From Pontibacter sp. G13 (GTDB lineage: Bacteria > Bacteroidota > Bacteroidia > J057), in NCBI RefSeq assembly GCF_031851795.1, contig NZ_CP134696.1, positions 1,295,576 to 1,359,575 of the forward strand: DNA of 64,000 nt, written 5' to 3'. Below the pieces are notes generated by a model. That model did no database searches. It saw only the letters and a list, made by a program, of their open reading frames with translations, and was not told the DNA's origin. A program made the translations under genes and the position numbers. Position 1 is the first letter of the stretch; the number at the start of each line of letters is the position of its first letter. Shown one piece after another: positions 18,032 to 28,000 of this stretch.

Positions 18032-21000
18032 ATGACCAAACGAACCTATATTTTCTGCTGGTTGGGCTGCATGTTGCTTTCGATGCAAAGCTTTGCCCAG
18101 CAGGCAGATGAATCAAAATGGGACGTCAATACCCCCCAGCGCCCTACAGAGTCGGTGGAGTTTACCACGGATGAAGGAACTTGGATGAATGTGGACATTT
18201 CGCCAGATGGCAAGCACATTGCGTTCGATATGATGGGCGATATTTACCTCATGCCCGCCGAGGGTGGCAAAGCTACATTGCTTCGTGGTGGAACAGCCTA
18301 TGAGGTTCAGCCGCGATTCTCCCCCGATGGAAAACAAATTGCCTTCACATCTGACGTGGGAGGTGGCGACAACATCTGGGTGATGGATCTCAAAGGCAAA
18401 AACGCCCGCCAAATCACCAAGGAGTCCTTCCGGTTGCTCAATGCGCCTGTATGGACGCCAGACGGTCAATATATTATCGCCCGAAAGCACTTCAGCTCTA
18501 CGCGTTCTCTAGGAGCGGGTGCCATGTGGATGTATCATGTCACAGGGGGCTCCGGAACTGAGCTCGTAGCCAAATCCAACGACCAGCAGGATCTCAATGA
18601 ACCTGCACTCTCCCCAGATGGTCGGTACCTGTACTATGCAGAAGATGTCTATCCGGGCGGATACTTCCAGTACAACAAGGACCCCAACAGCCAGATCTAT
18701 GTGATCAAGCGTTATGATCGAGAAACTGGCAAGAAGGAAACCTTCATCGGGGGTCAAGGCGGAGCACATACGCCCATGGTCTCGCATAATGGCAAAAAAC
18801 TGGCCTTCATCAAGCGAGTCAGAACCAAGACTGTCCTCTACATCCACGATTTCGAAAAAGGGACTCAGCGTCCGATCTATGACCAGCTGAGCAAAGACCA
18901 GCAGGAAGCATGGGCGATTTTCGGGGTGTACACCAAATACAACTGGACCCCAGACGACCAGCACATCATCATCTGGTCCCAAGGCAAAATCCACAAGATC
19001 AACGTCGAGACAGGTGCTGATGAGATCATCCCATTCGAAGCGGAAGCCACACACGAGATTCAGCAAGCACTGCGGTTCAAGCAGGATATCGCCCCCGAAT
19101 CCTTTGATGCCAAAGTGATCCGCCATGCGGTCACGCGTCCGGGCGGCAAGGAACTCTACTTTTCCGCTGTCGGATATCTCTGGAAGAAAAAGATGCCCAA
19201 AGGCACGCCTGAGCGAATCACCAGCTGGGAAGGCTTCTATGAATTCGAGCCGTCCTTCTCGGAAGATGGCAAGACCCTCCTGTTCACCACTTGGAGCGAT
19301 ATTGAAAAAGGCGCTATCTGGAAGCTGGATCTGACCGATCAGACAGCCAAACCCGTGAAACTCACCCAAAAACCGGGTATTTTCCGAAGCCCCAAATTCT
19401 CCCCAGATGGCACCCATGTTGTCTATGTCAAGGAATCCGGCAACGATCAGCAGGGTCACGCCTACACCACCGAACCGGGGATCTACACCATGATGGCAGA
19501 CGGATCTACGCCCGTGAGATTGACCCAGAGCGGCACACATCCCCAATTCAGCCAGAATGGCAAGCGGATCTATTTCCAGACTGGGGGATATCTCTTCGGA
19601 TCACTCAAGAAGGCATTCAAGAGCGTGAATCTCCAAGGTGAGGACGAGCGCACACATTTCACGTCAAAATACTCCAATCAGTTTGCCCTGAGCCCGGACA
19701 ACAAATGGTTGGCCTTCACGGAATTGTTCAAGGTGTATGTGGTGCCCATGCCACAGGCCGGAAAATCCATCGAGCTTTCTGCCAACACCAAGGTCGTGCC
19801 TGTGCGGCAACTGGCCAGGGATGCAGGGATCAGCCTGCATTGGTCAGCGGACGGACAGGCAGTATGCTGGACGCTCGGTGACCAATATTTCACCGCGCCG
19901 CTTTCTGACTACTATGGGTTCTTGTCTCAATCCGATGAGGAAGCCAAGCCCCAAGCTGAAGGAGTCTCCATTGGCCTGAATCTCCCCATGGACAAGCCTC
20001 AAGGCCTATTGGCACTGAAAGGCGCACGGATCATCACAGTCAATACGGAGGATGAAGTCATCGAAAATGGAGTCATCCTCATCGAAAACAACCGCATCAA
20101 AGCCATCGGTCCATCCACCGAGGTCGTTATTCCCGATGATGCGGAAATCATGGATGTCACAGGCAAAACCATCATGCCCGGCATCGTGGATGTGCATGCA
20201 CATTTGGGCGCTTTCCGATTGGGACTGAATGCCCAGCAGAACTGGAACTATTTCGCCAATCTGGCCTATGGCGTAACGACCACCCATGACCCTTCCGCCA
20301 ATACCGAAATGGTCTTTTCCAACGCAGAATTGGTGAAAGCGGGGCGTACGGTTGGACCGCGCGTATTCTCCACCGGAATCATCCTGTATGGGGCCGATGG
20401 GGACTTCAAGGCGGTCATCAACAACCTCGAAGATGCACGTTCTGCGATTCGCCGAACCAAGGCCTACGGGGCATTCAGCGTGAAGAGCTACAACCAGCCT
20501 CGTCGCGAACAACGCCAGCAAGTCATCCAAGCCGCCAGCGAGGAAGGCATCATGGTCGTTCCAGAGGGAGGTTCCTTCTTCTACCACAACATGTCGATGA
20601 TTTTGGACGGTCACACAGGCGTCGAGCACAATATCCCAGTGTATCCGGTCTACAAGGATGTGAAAGAAGTTTGGGGCGCCAGCAATACCGGCTATACCCC
20701 TACCCTGATCGTGAATTACGGCAGTGTGAATGGCGAGTACTACTGGTACCAGCACACCGATGTCTGGGCCAAGGAGCGCCTACTTTCCTACACCCCTCGG
20801 GCCATCATCGATTCCCGTTCCCGTCACCGCGTCATGATTCCTGAGGAGGAATACGAGCGTGGCCATATCCTCACCTCACAGAGTTGCAAGGCGCTGGCAG
20901 ATGCCGGTGTCAAAGTCAACCTCGGTGCCCACGGACAGCTTCAAGGACTGGGCGCGCATTGGGAGCTGTGGATGTTTGGCCAAGGTGGAATGAGCGAAAT

Positions 21001-21322
21001 GGACGCCATCCGGGCCGCTACCATGAATGGCGCCCACTATCTCGGCATGGATCACGATATCGGCTCTTTGGAAGCGGGAAAATTGGCCGACTTGGTAGTG
21101 ATGAATGAAAACCCCCTCGAAGATCTCCAGAACACGGAGCATATCGAGTACACCATGGTCAATGGCCGCATGTACGAGGTCGAAACCATGAATGAGGTCG
21201 GATTGGACAAGCGTCAACGCGGACCATTCTACTGGGAACAGAACGAGTACAGCGAGAACTTCCCCTGGCATGAATCCACCCAAGGATTTGGCCAGCCGAA
21301 GTGCGGATGCGGAATCCACTAA
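18032..21322 (+). CDS. Secreted TolB-like (PD40 beta-propeller repeats) / amidohydrolase fusion protein
   Basis: Signal peptide MTKRTYIFCWLGCMLLSMQSFAQQ. Repeated SPDGK.IAF PD40 motifs occupy the N-terminal ~600 aa. C-terminal metal-dependent amidohydrolase motifs are present (IMPGIVDVHAHLG...HTGVEHN...). The ORF-track start is 18002. Confidence 0.75.
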   Translation: MTKRTYIFCWLGCMLLSMQSFAQQADESKWDVNTPQRPTESVEFTTDEGTWMNVDISPDGKHIAFDMMGDIYLMPAEGGKATLLRGGTAYEVQPRFSPDGKQIAFTSDVGGGDNIWVMDLKGKNARQITKESFRLLNAPVWTPDGQYIIARKHFSSTRSLGAGAMWMYHVTGGSGTELVAKSNDQQDLNEPALSPDGRYLYYAEDVYPGGYFQYNKDPNSQIYVIKRYDRETGKKETFIGGQGGAHTPMVSHNGKKLAFIKRVRTKTVLYIHDFEKGTQRPIYDQLSKDQQEAWAIFGVYTKYNWTPDDQHIIIWSQGKIHKINVETGADEIIPFEAEATHEIQQALRFKQDIAPESFDAKVIRHAVTRPGGKELYFSAVGYLWKKKMPKGTPERITSWEGFYEFEPSFSEDGKTLLFTTWSDIEKGAIWKLDLTDQTAKPVKLTQKPGIFRSPKFSPDGTHVVYVKESGNDQQGHAYTTEPGIYTMMADGSTPVRLTQSGTHPQFSQNGKRIYFQTGGYLFGSLKKAFKSVNLQGEDERTHFTSKYSNQFALSPDNKWLAFTELFKVYVVPMPQAGKSIELSANTKVVPVRQLARDAGISLHWSADGQAVCWTLGDQYFTAPLSDYYGFLSQSDEEAKPQAEGVSIGLNLPMDKPQGLLALKGARIITVNTEDEVIENGVILIENNRIKAIGPSTEVVIPDDAEIMDVTGKTIMPGIVDVHAHLGAFRLGLNAQQNWNYFANLAYGVTTTHDPSANTEMVFSNAELVKAGRTVGPRVFSTGIILYGADGDFKAVINNLEDARSAIRRTKAYGAFSVKSYNQPRREQRQQVIQAASEEGIMVVPEGGSFFYHNMSMILDGHTGVEHNIPVYPVYKDVKEVWGASNTGYTPTLIVNYGSVNGEYYWYQHTDVWAKERLLSYTPRAIIDSRSRHRVMIPEEEYERGHILTSQSCKALADAGVKVNLGAHGQLQGLGAHWELWMFGQGGMSEMDAIRAATMNGAHYLGMDHDIGSLEAGKLADLVVMNENPLEDLQNTEHIEYTMVNGRMYEVETMNEVGLDKRQRGPFYWEQNEYSENFPWHESTQGFGQPKCGCGIH

Positions 21323-21334
21323 TTCGGAATCCAA

Positions 21335-21865
21335 TTCTACATGCAGAAAATCGGGATCACCTGTATGGTGGTCCCGATTTTTGGGTTTTTGGGGAATTGG
21401 GCGATCTCGGCGTGCTGGCATCCATTCCTATCTGGGCATGAAAGTCGCCGAGCCGGGCTGTTCCAGGAGTCCGCTGGCGCTCCCGTCCTCGGAAATTGTT
21501 CCCCGGAAAGCTGTATCCGTTTGAGCTCGGGAATCCTACCCAAAATCGCCAGAGGCCTCGGACCTCGCCTATCGGCTCGCCCTTCCCATCCCTATCGCCG
21601 CCACAGGCCAGCCGCACGTTTCAAAAAGGAACTTGCCTGAGCCAAATTTCGGCAAGTGCGCTGGCCCGTGCTGAGCCGGATTTCGGCAAGTGTACCGGCC
21701 CGTGCCCTTTTGTGCTGAGCCGGATTTCGGCGAGTGCGCTGGCCCGTGCCCTTTTGTGCTGAGCCGGATTTCGGCAAGTGTACCGGCCCGTGGGTAATCC
21801 GGCTCCTGCTCAGGGCTTACGCCAAGCGCTGTAGGCGCGACATCCCACAGCCAAGGGTTTTAACC
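21335..21865. repeat. Full-length copy of the dispersed repeat element, with an internal ~44-bp minisatellite (4 units, ~21640-21800)
   Basis: Blocks GGCCTCGGACCTCGCCTATCGGCTCGCCCTTCCCATCCCTATCGCCGCCACA and ...GCGCTGTAGGCGCGACA..AAGGGTTTTAACCCTT match 57330-57600 in reverse complement and 53990-54045. The unit CTGAGCCGGATTTCGGCAAGTG..GGCCCGTGCCCTTTTGTG is repeated in tandem. Lies between convergent genes. Confidence 0.65.
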
Positions 21866-21866
21866 C

Positions 21867-22664
21867 TTAGGTCGCAGAAACCAGTTCCTCCTTGGGACCT
21901 TTGAGCCAACGGCGGCCCGTGATGGTCAAGCCTCCACGTTTTTTGGCCATGCGAATCGTCAGAATGATAGAGAGCGCAATCGTAGCAACTCGGAAAACAT
22001 TGCCCATGGTGCTACCAATAGCCGTGTTGTCGATCGTAAAGATGGCCCAGAAGAAATTCATCAGGAGGTGCACGAAAATTGGAACCCACAGGTTGTTGTC
22101 CCACTCGATGTAGAGCCAGGCAAACCAGCAAGCGCCCAGGGAGGTGACTCCGAGTACCCCAGCAGCACTGAGCGGATCATGAGCCTGATAGAGGTGGCCG
22201 ATAGAAAACACCACCGCATTGACCATCGCAGCAGGAAAAAAGCCCCAACGTCCGTAGCGGAATAGCAGGCCGAATAGAAATCCGCGGTAGAAAATCTCCT
22301 CCTCGATTCCCGCTCGTAGGGCTCGCTGACAAAAGGACTCCAAGGTGTATTCTGTATTGAACGTTCCAAGAAGTGCGTATCCGATGGCCATCGGGAGCGT
22401 GAAGATAAATGCCCAAAGGAAGCCTTTGCCGAGCCCCTTGAAGAGGCCGAGATGCTCTAGGACATTGCCCCGCAACATGAGGTAAATGACGGTTCCCAAG
22501 ATGGCAAACCAAAACAGATTGTAGCTGCTGATAGCGGTATATGGCCAATAGGGAAATTCAGGGATGCTCGCTCCGAAGAGGCCGAGAATGTCTCCAAGAA
22601 AGTACCGGACGAGGAAAGTCAGGATGACCACTGTGGAGACGAGTATGCTAGAAGGCTGTTTCAT
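21867..22664 (-). CDS. CPBP-family intramembrane metalloprotease (CAAX protease/Abi-like)
   Basis: EEEIFYRGFLF...FFPAAMVNAVVFSIGHLYQ are the conserved EExxxR and FxxxH motifs of CPBP proteases. Multiple TM helices. Confidence 0.8.
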   Translation of the reverse strand: MKQPSSILVSTVVILTFLVRYFLGDILGLFGASIPEFPYWPYTAISSYNLFWFAILGTVIYLMLRGNVLEHLGLFKGLGKGFLWAFIFTLPMAIGYALLGTFNTEYTLESFCQRALRAGIEEEIFYRGFLFGLLFRYGRWGFFPAAMVNAVVFSIGHLYQAHDPLSAAGVLGVTSLGACWFAWLYIEWDNNLWVPIFVHLLMNFFWAIFTIDNTAIGSTMGNVFRVATIALSIILTIRMAKKRGGLTITGRRWLKGPKEELVSAT

Positions 22665-22820
22665 GAGTCAATTGTTTTCGAGTGATGAAGGCAAATACGG
22701 CCTCGAAAACGGACCAGCCAAAAAACAGGGCTGAGTGGCATCAATAGGGGATTTTGGGGCGAATGGCAACCGAATTAGGGAGGAATGGCAAGCCAAATTC
22801 GCATGCTGGGGATGAACGGA

Positions 22821-23663
22821 TCAGGTCTTTTCGGCCAATCGGGTTCGGATGTCGGCTACCTTGCTGCGGGAGATTGGGACTTCGGGGAGACCGGGCTCCC
22901 GAAAGTGAGCCATGGTCTTGGCACCAGAAATTTTGAGGGATTTCAGCTGATCGACCCTGAGCAAGGCGCTCCGATGCACCCGCTCAAACCCTAGTGCTTC
23001 GACCTGCTTCTCCAGTTCTTTCATCGTGTTGCGCAGGGTGGTTTTCTTCCAGTCTCCTCCCTTGCGGTACCACACTTCAACGTAGTTGTCCATGCTCTGG
23101 ATCAATCTCAGATCCCCGGGGTCGCATGTGATGGTATCCGTCCGATTGGTGCCGGTGAGTGTGATGGGCTCAACTGAGGGCGAAGCGATGGGCTGCTGCA
23201 CCTTCTCCACTTCCTGTTGTGGAATCTCTCGGGGCAAACTCTTCCAAACATTGTACAATCTAAACCCCACGGGGATTGCCGCAATGGAAGCGCAGCGACT
23301 TAGGAAGCCAAAATAGCTCCCGAGGGAATAATCCTGAATGGAAAAAAACAGCCGATGATACACAAATGACAAGGTCGCCACAAAACAGACCATCAAAACC
23401 AGCGCAAGCACTTCTTTGCCAAACGTCCAAGCATCCTTATTCACCCAGAGCAAGGCCACCTCCCAAAAAGAGACATAGCCCAAAAACACCAATACTCCAT
23501 AGCCCCCAAGCATCAGATACTTGGCTTCTGAGCGGAATTCATAGGTCCCGTAGGGCTGGAAAATGATTAGGATCAAAAACACAGATAGCCCGAGCCAAAG
23601 GCCGATTTTGGCGCGTTGGTGCTGATGATCGAATGGAATGTTTCGGGTAAATAGGGAAAGCAT
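22821..23663 (-). CDS. Membrane-associated LytTR-family DNA-binding regulator
   Basis: N-terminal ~150 aa contains 4-5 TM helices. C-terminal LytTR domain (LIQSMDNYVEVWY...LRNTMKELE...FERVHRSALLRVDQL). Confidence 0.75.
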   Translation of the reverse strand: MLSLFTRNIPFDHQHQRAKIGLWLGLSVFLILIIFQPYGTYEFRSEAKYLMLGGYGVLVFLGYVSFWEVALLWVNKDAWTFGKEVLALVLMVCFVATLSFVYHRLFFSIQDYSLGSYFGFLSRCASIAAIPVGFRLYNVWKSLPREIPQQEVEKVQQPIASPSVEPITLTGTNRTDTITCDPGDLRLIQSMDNYVEVWYRKGGDWKKTTLRNTMKELEKQVEALGFERVHRSALLRVDQLKSLKISGAKTMAHFREPGLPEVPISRSKVADIRTRLAEKT

Positions 23664-23826
23664 GGGAAATCAGGTTCAGCAATCGAAATTGCGCAGAAAA
23701 TGAGAAGCTCGCAATGATATCCGCATACTTTTGGTGGAATCGGGTGTCGAGGTACACAAAAGCCCCAATCGGGAAATCCAATGGGGGCTTGTGAAAATCT
23801 TTGAAGCAAAGGGAATATAGAGCTAC

Positions 23827-24351
23827 CTAAAGATCTATACTCGGGCGCAATTGGTTCTGGCTTGGGAGAATGGGTTCTCCTTCGAAGAGATCGCAAAGCT
23901 GATATTCCAACTTGCGGATCTCAATCCAAAATCCAATGATGAAGGAAATATATCCTCCAATGAGGCTGAGAAATGGTGCGCTGAACAAAATCAACGTACT
24001 CTCCAGTCCAGCCTCCAAAAACCGTGAAGCAATGAACCCCAGCAGGAGACCGCCTACCAAAAAGAGTGCGGCAAACCTTCCAAAGTCCAGTTGGCAAGTG
24101 GCGGAAACCAACGAGCCACCATCGATCGTTTCAACCTTGCCCCGAATTTCGGGGTGAAGGCTTACAGGTGCAAGATTGCGTCTGACCACAAACCGGTGAT
24201 CTTCCGTCCATCCCAAAAAAGCGCGGGGATCTTCGTGGTCCCCCGTTGGAACAAATCCTGTGTCAGTATCCCGTTCCAATTTGGAGATGACTTGCATGGG
24301 ACCCAGCGAGCTGGCGATCCTAAACTGATGTGAAAGCCAAGGAAACATCAA
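23827..24351 (-). CDS. Hypothetical membrane protein
   Basis: 174 aa ORF with two clear TM helices in the C-terminal half. No recognisable family. Confidence 0.4.
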   Translation of the reverse strand: MMFPWLSHQFRIASSLGPMQVISKLERDTDTGFVPTGDHEDPRAFLGWTEDHRFVVRRNLAPVSLHPEIRGKVETIDGGSLVSATCQLDFGRFAALFLVGGLLLGFIASRFLEAGLESTLILFSAPFLSLIGGYISFIIGFWIEIRKLEYQLCDLFEGEPILPSQNQLRPSIDL

Positions 24352-25043
24352 AGGGAAAGGCAGTGAATTCGTGAGTTAGCAGGTTGCCCCGAAAGGCGGT
24401 TGAATATACATGAGCAATTCATGCAAAATTAATACATTTAACAACTAGTTAACAATGGATATTTGTTCAAATCATCTGTGTCTTTTTATAATTACTTATT
24501 AAAGAACGAATTACAAATATTTTACCGACTCAAAAAAACTTACAGCGTTTCATTCCAGTCAAATATCAAGCTATATCTTCCCCGCACTTTACATTCAGTT
24601 AATACAACTATTTTATGTCAATTCACCTTCTTTATGATAAAAAATTTTATTCCAAGAAGTATTCACGTGAGCATTTTTCCTGCAAATCCTTTTACTCCTC
24701 CGATTTAAACCAAGCAACCTAAATGCCTGCAAGACAGATACCTAAAGCTCTTACAGACAGAAATTCATTCATAAAACCCTGAAATACTTCACAGACATGC
24801 GATCTTCCCCCTCCAAAAAAGAAAGCCTTCCTCCATCATCTCACTCAAGATTAGTTCAATATTTCGTTGATTAACCCAAAATCTTTCAGTCATTCGCCGA
24901 TTCCCCAATAAGAGCCTTTTGGGAAGGACTAGGAACTGCGGTCAAGTGGTTCTAGGTTATGGAGAATTCCGAAGGGGTTCTGGGCAGAGATGGGAAGGAG
25001 GCCATGGTAGACTTGTGTTTTCCGAGATCAGCGGAGTACTAGA

Positions 25044-25078
25044 CAAAAAAAAGCCCCAGCCGAAAATAGCCGGGGCGC
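25044..25078 (-). terminator. Rho-independent (bidirectional-looking) terminator downstream of the giant ATPase gene
   Basis: GCCCCAGC (25053-25060) and GCCGGGGC (25069-25076) form an 8-bp stem with one G-U wobble and an 8-nt loop. The + strand A-run at 25044-25052 reads as a U-run on the minus transcript. Sits 20 nt beyond the stop at 25100. Confidence 0.55.
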
Positions 25079-25099
25079 TCATACACTTGTGCAAGTACA

Positions 25100-28000
25100 T
25101 TATGATGAATGAGATCCATTGGAACGGCTTTCGAGGGCCGCCTGGATTCCTTTGAGACCTTCGGAGAATTGGCCCATTTCTCTGACCAATTGACCCAAAC
25201 GGTCTCCAGTGAGTTCTTTTTGTTTGCGGAACATCTCACAGATATCGGCCCAACGGGCTTCGTCTCCCTCAGAGGCATAGTCATTCATCTGCTTGAATTT
25301 AAGCAAATTGGCTTCTGCTCCCGCGGTCAGCGTCTGTGATTCCTGCTCGTAATGAGCGAGAACGAGTTTCCGCACTTCCTCGTCGTTCATGATCGGCATG
25401 ACTTTTTCTGCCAACCGGTTCATGTTTCGATACGATCCTTGAAGCTGGAATCGAGGCTCTACCCGATATTCATCCTGTTGGGACGCGGATTCAATATAAG
25501 CCTGATTTACATTCAAGATGGCATCGCGAACGACAAAGAGCTTTTGGAGGACGTTGACAGACTCCGAAATCTCCTCGGAAGTGAGATTGGATTCAAAGTC
25601 AAGTCCCTCACGTTGACCAGTTTCGGCAATTTTGACCAGCGTCAGGATATCCTGATGGGGCTTGGTCGTCAATCGGCTGAGAATCGGATTACTCGTCAAT
25701 GCATTCTCAATATAGCTCAATTTGAAGACATCCGCTTGATCGCCGATGATATCCCCCAAATTATAGGTATCCGCACGGTTGGCCAACATGTCTGGAATTT
25801 GGAATTTCTCCCCCGATTCCGTGTATGGGTTACCCGCCATGACGACCGCGACCTTTTTGCCACGGAGGTCATAGGTCCGTGTTTTGCCTTTGTACACCCC
25901 CTCGATTTTGCGCTGGGCATCACAGAGCGAGATGAACTTCTGTAGAAATTCCGGATGACAGTGCTGAATATCATCGAGATACAGCATGATATTGTCTCCC
26001 ATCTCCAAGGCCAGATTGAGCTTTGCCAATTCCTCTCTAGCGGCCGCATTGGGTGCCTCGGAAGGATCAAGTGAGGTGACTTGGTGCCCGATGGCCGGGC
26101 CATTCACCTTCATGAAGATGAGGCCCAAACGGTTGGCGACATATTCCATGAGCGTGGTCTTGCCGTATCCTGGAGGCGAAATCAGCAACAGCATGCCCAT
26201 ACGGTCAGTCCGGGTCTGCTCTCCGACGGTACCAATCTGCTTGGCGAGATTGTCCCCAATGATCGGCAAGTAGAGCTTGTCGATCAGCTGATTTCGGACA
26301 AAAGCACTCATCACACGAGGCTTGAACTCATCGAGTCGCAGGGTCTCGCGAAATTCATCCGTCAGGGTTTGCTTCCGCTCCCGAAAAGTTTGATACATCG
26401 GCAGCGTCTCCCGCTCAAATTTTCCTACACGCTCCATCAGATCGTGATAATCCAATAGGTAGGTTCCAGCCTTGATACAGCCGTGTTCGCCGACCATTCC
26501 AGTGATTTCTCGGAAAAGCTCCACATGTTTGACGCGCTTGCCATCAAAATCATCGAGCAAGACCAACAGTGCGGCTTCCGATTCGAAGAGCCGATGATGA
26601 TCCCCCAATTTCACCGATTCCGCCCAGGCACGCAACCCTTGTCGGACGAGCGTAAATTGAGCTTCTGGATGCGCCTGGAGGAGCTCCAGCGAATGACGGA
26701 ATTTGGTGGCTAGCCGTTGTTTCTTGAGGTGAGCTGCGAATTGCTCATACACTTCCGCCGCCTCTCCGCTGATGCCAAATGGCAGTTCCAGTGCCAATGT
26801 CCGGAAGAGATATTCAGAAGCCTCCGGGATAATCGACTCCGGGAAAAGCCCCATCAATGGGTCTTGCCCCAACATATCCACCGCAATGGATTCGATCAAT
26901 CCATCGAACTCATGAGTATCGGGGAACATCTGGACGATGAGTCCCGCAGTTTGGATTTGGCGCTCCCAGAAAGTCCGTTGATGCTCCTCCACGAATCTTT
27001 CCCAATAGAATTTGGCACATGTTCTCACCTCGGGAGAATATCTCAGTCCTCCCACTCGGCTCCTGATATCGACAAGATGACGGACCAATTTGGCTGCGTC
27101 CAAATCATGTACCCCCTTGATGTAGCCTTCTTCGAATCGAGTGGCCGAGAACTCTTTGACCAATTGGAGCCATTCCTCCTCGTGGTCATTCTCTGGCCAA
27201 GTCAAATCTGCCTGAAGCATCTGATAGGCCAAAAATTCCGCACGGTACACCTCGAGGTTTTCGGAAGGCAGACTCATGTTCCAGACAGTCTGTGTCTGGC
27301 GGAATTCGGCGTCGGTGATTTCTTCGAAGAAATTGGTGCCCGACAGGTGGAAATACATCCCATCCCCTCTAGGTACAATGCTCAATTCCAAGGGCTGGAC
27401 ATTCACCGAAAAATGATGACGCCCAAATTGAAGGACATTTTCCCCACCTACGAAGAGTTCCTTTCGGTCTTTCAACTGGCGGACAGCATCTTCCCGCAAA
27501 GTCTTCAAGCGGCTCTGGATATCGCCAGCCTTGACGGAGTCTTCCAACTCTTCCAGCGACTCGATGATATCGCGGACCTTATTCACCATCAAATCCGAAG
27601 CGAAATAGGCATTGATTTCCTGCGCTTCCTCGAATTTGGCGAGGCGGGTGCCGATCCCTTTGAGGATTCGCTCGGCTGCACGTTGGAGATTGTCGGTGCG
27701 TCTATTTCGGGCTTCCACCAATGAAAGCCTGCGGCTTTCGAAAGCTTGGTACAATTCTTCGCGCTTCTCACCGATCTGCTGCAGGAAATGGTCGTATTCA
27801 GCGAATTTCCCTTCCAATTCTTCCACCTGAACCATAAGCTTGGTGAGATACTCCTCGCATTTCTGGGGAGAATCACACAAGTCCAGGTAATTGATGATCG
27901 ATTGACCCAACAGACGAATCTGGGCACCAAATTCCGCTTCGGCCTCCATCCCCTGCATTTCCTGTCTACGCTGCTTGAGGGCTCCTCTCAATCCATTGAG

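Noticed and set aside
18509-20755. Minus-strand ORFs 18509..19546 (345 aa) and 20006..20755 (249 aa)
   Set aside because: Both are antisense to the 1,106-aa PD40/amidohydrolase gene, which has clear repeats and catalytic motifs. They have Gly/Asp/Val-rich compositions typical of antisense frames.
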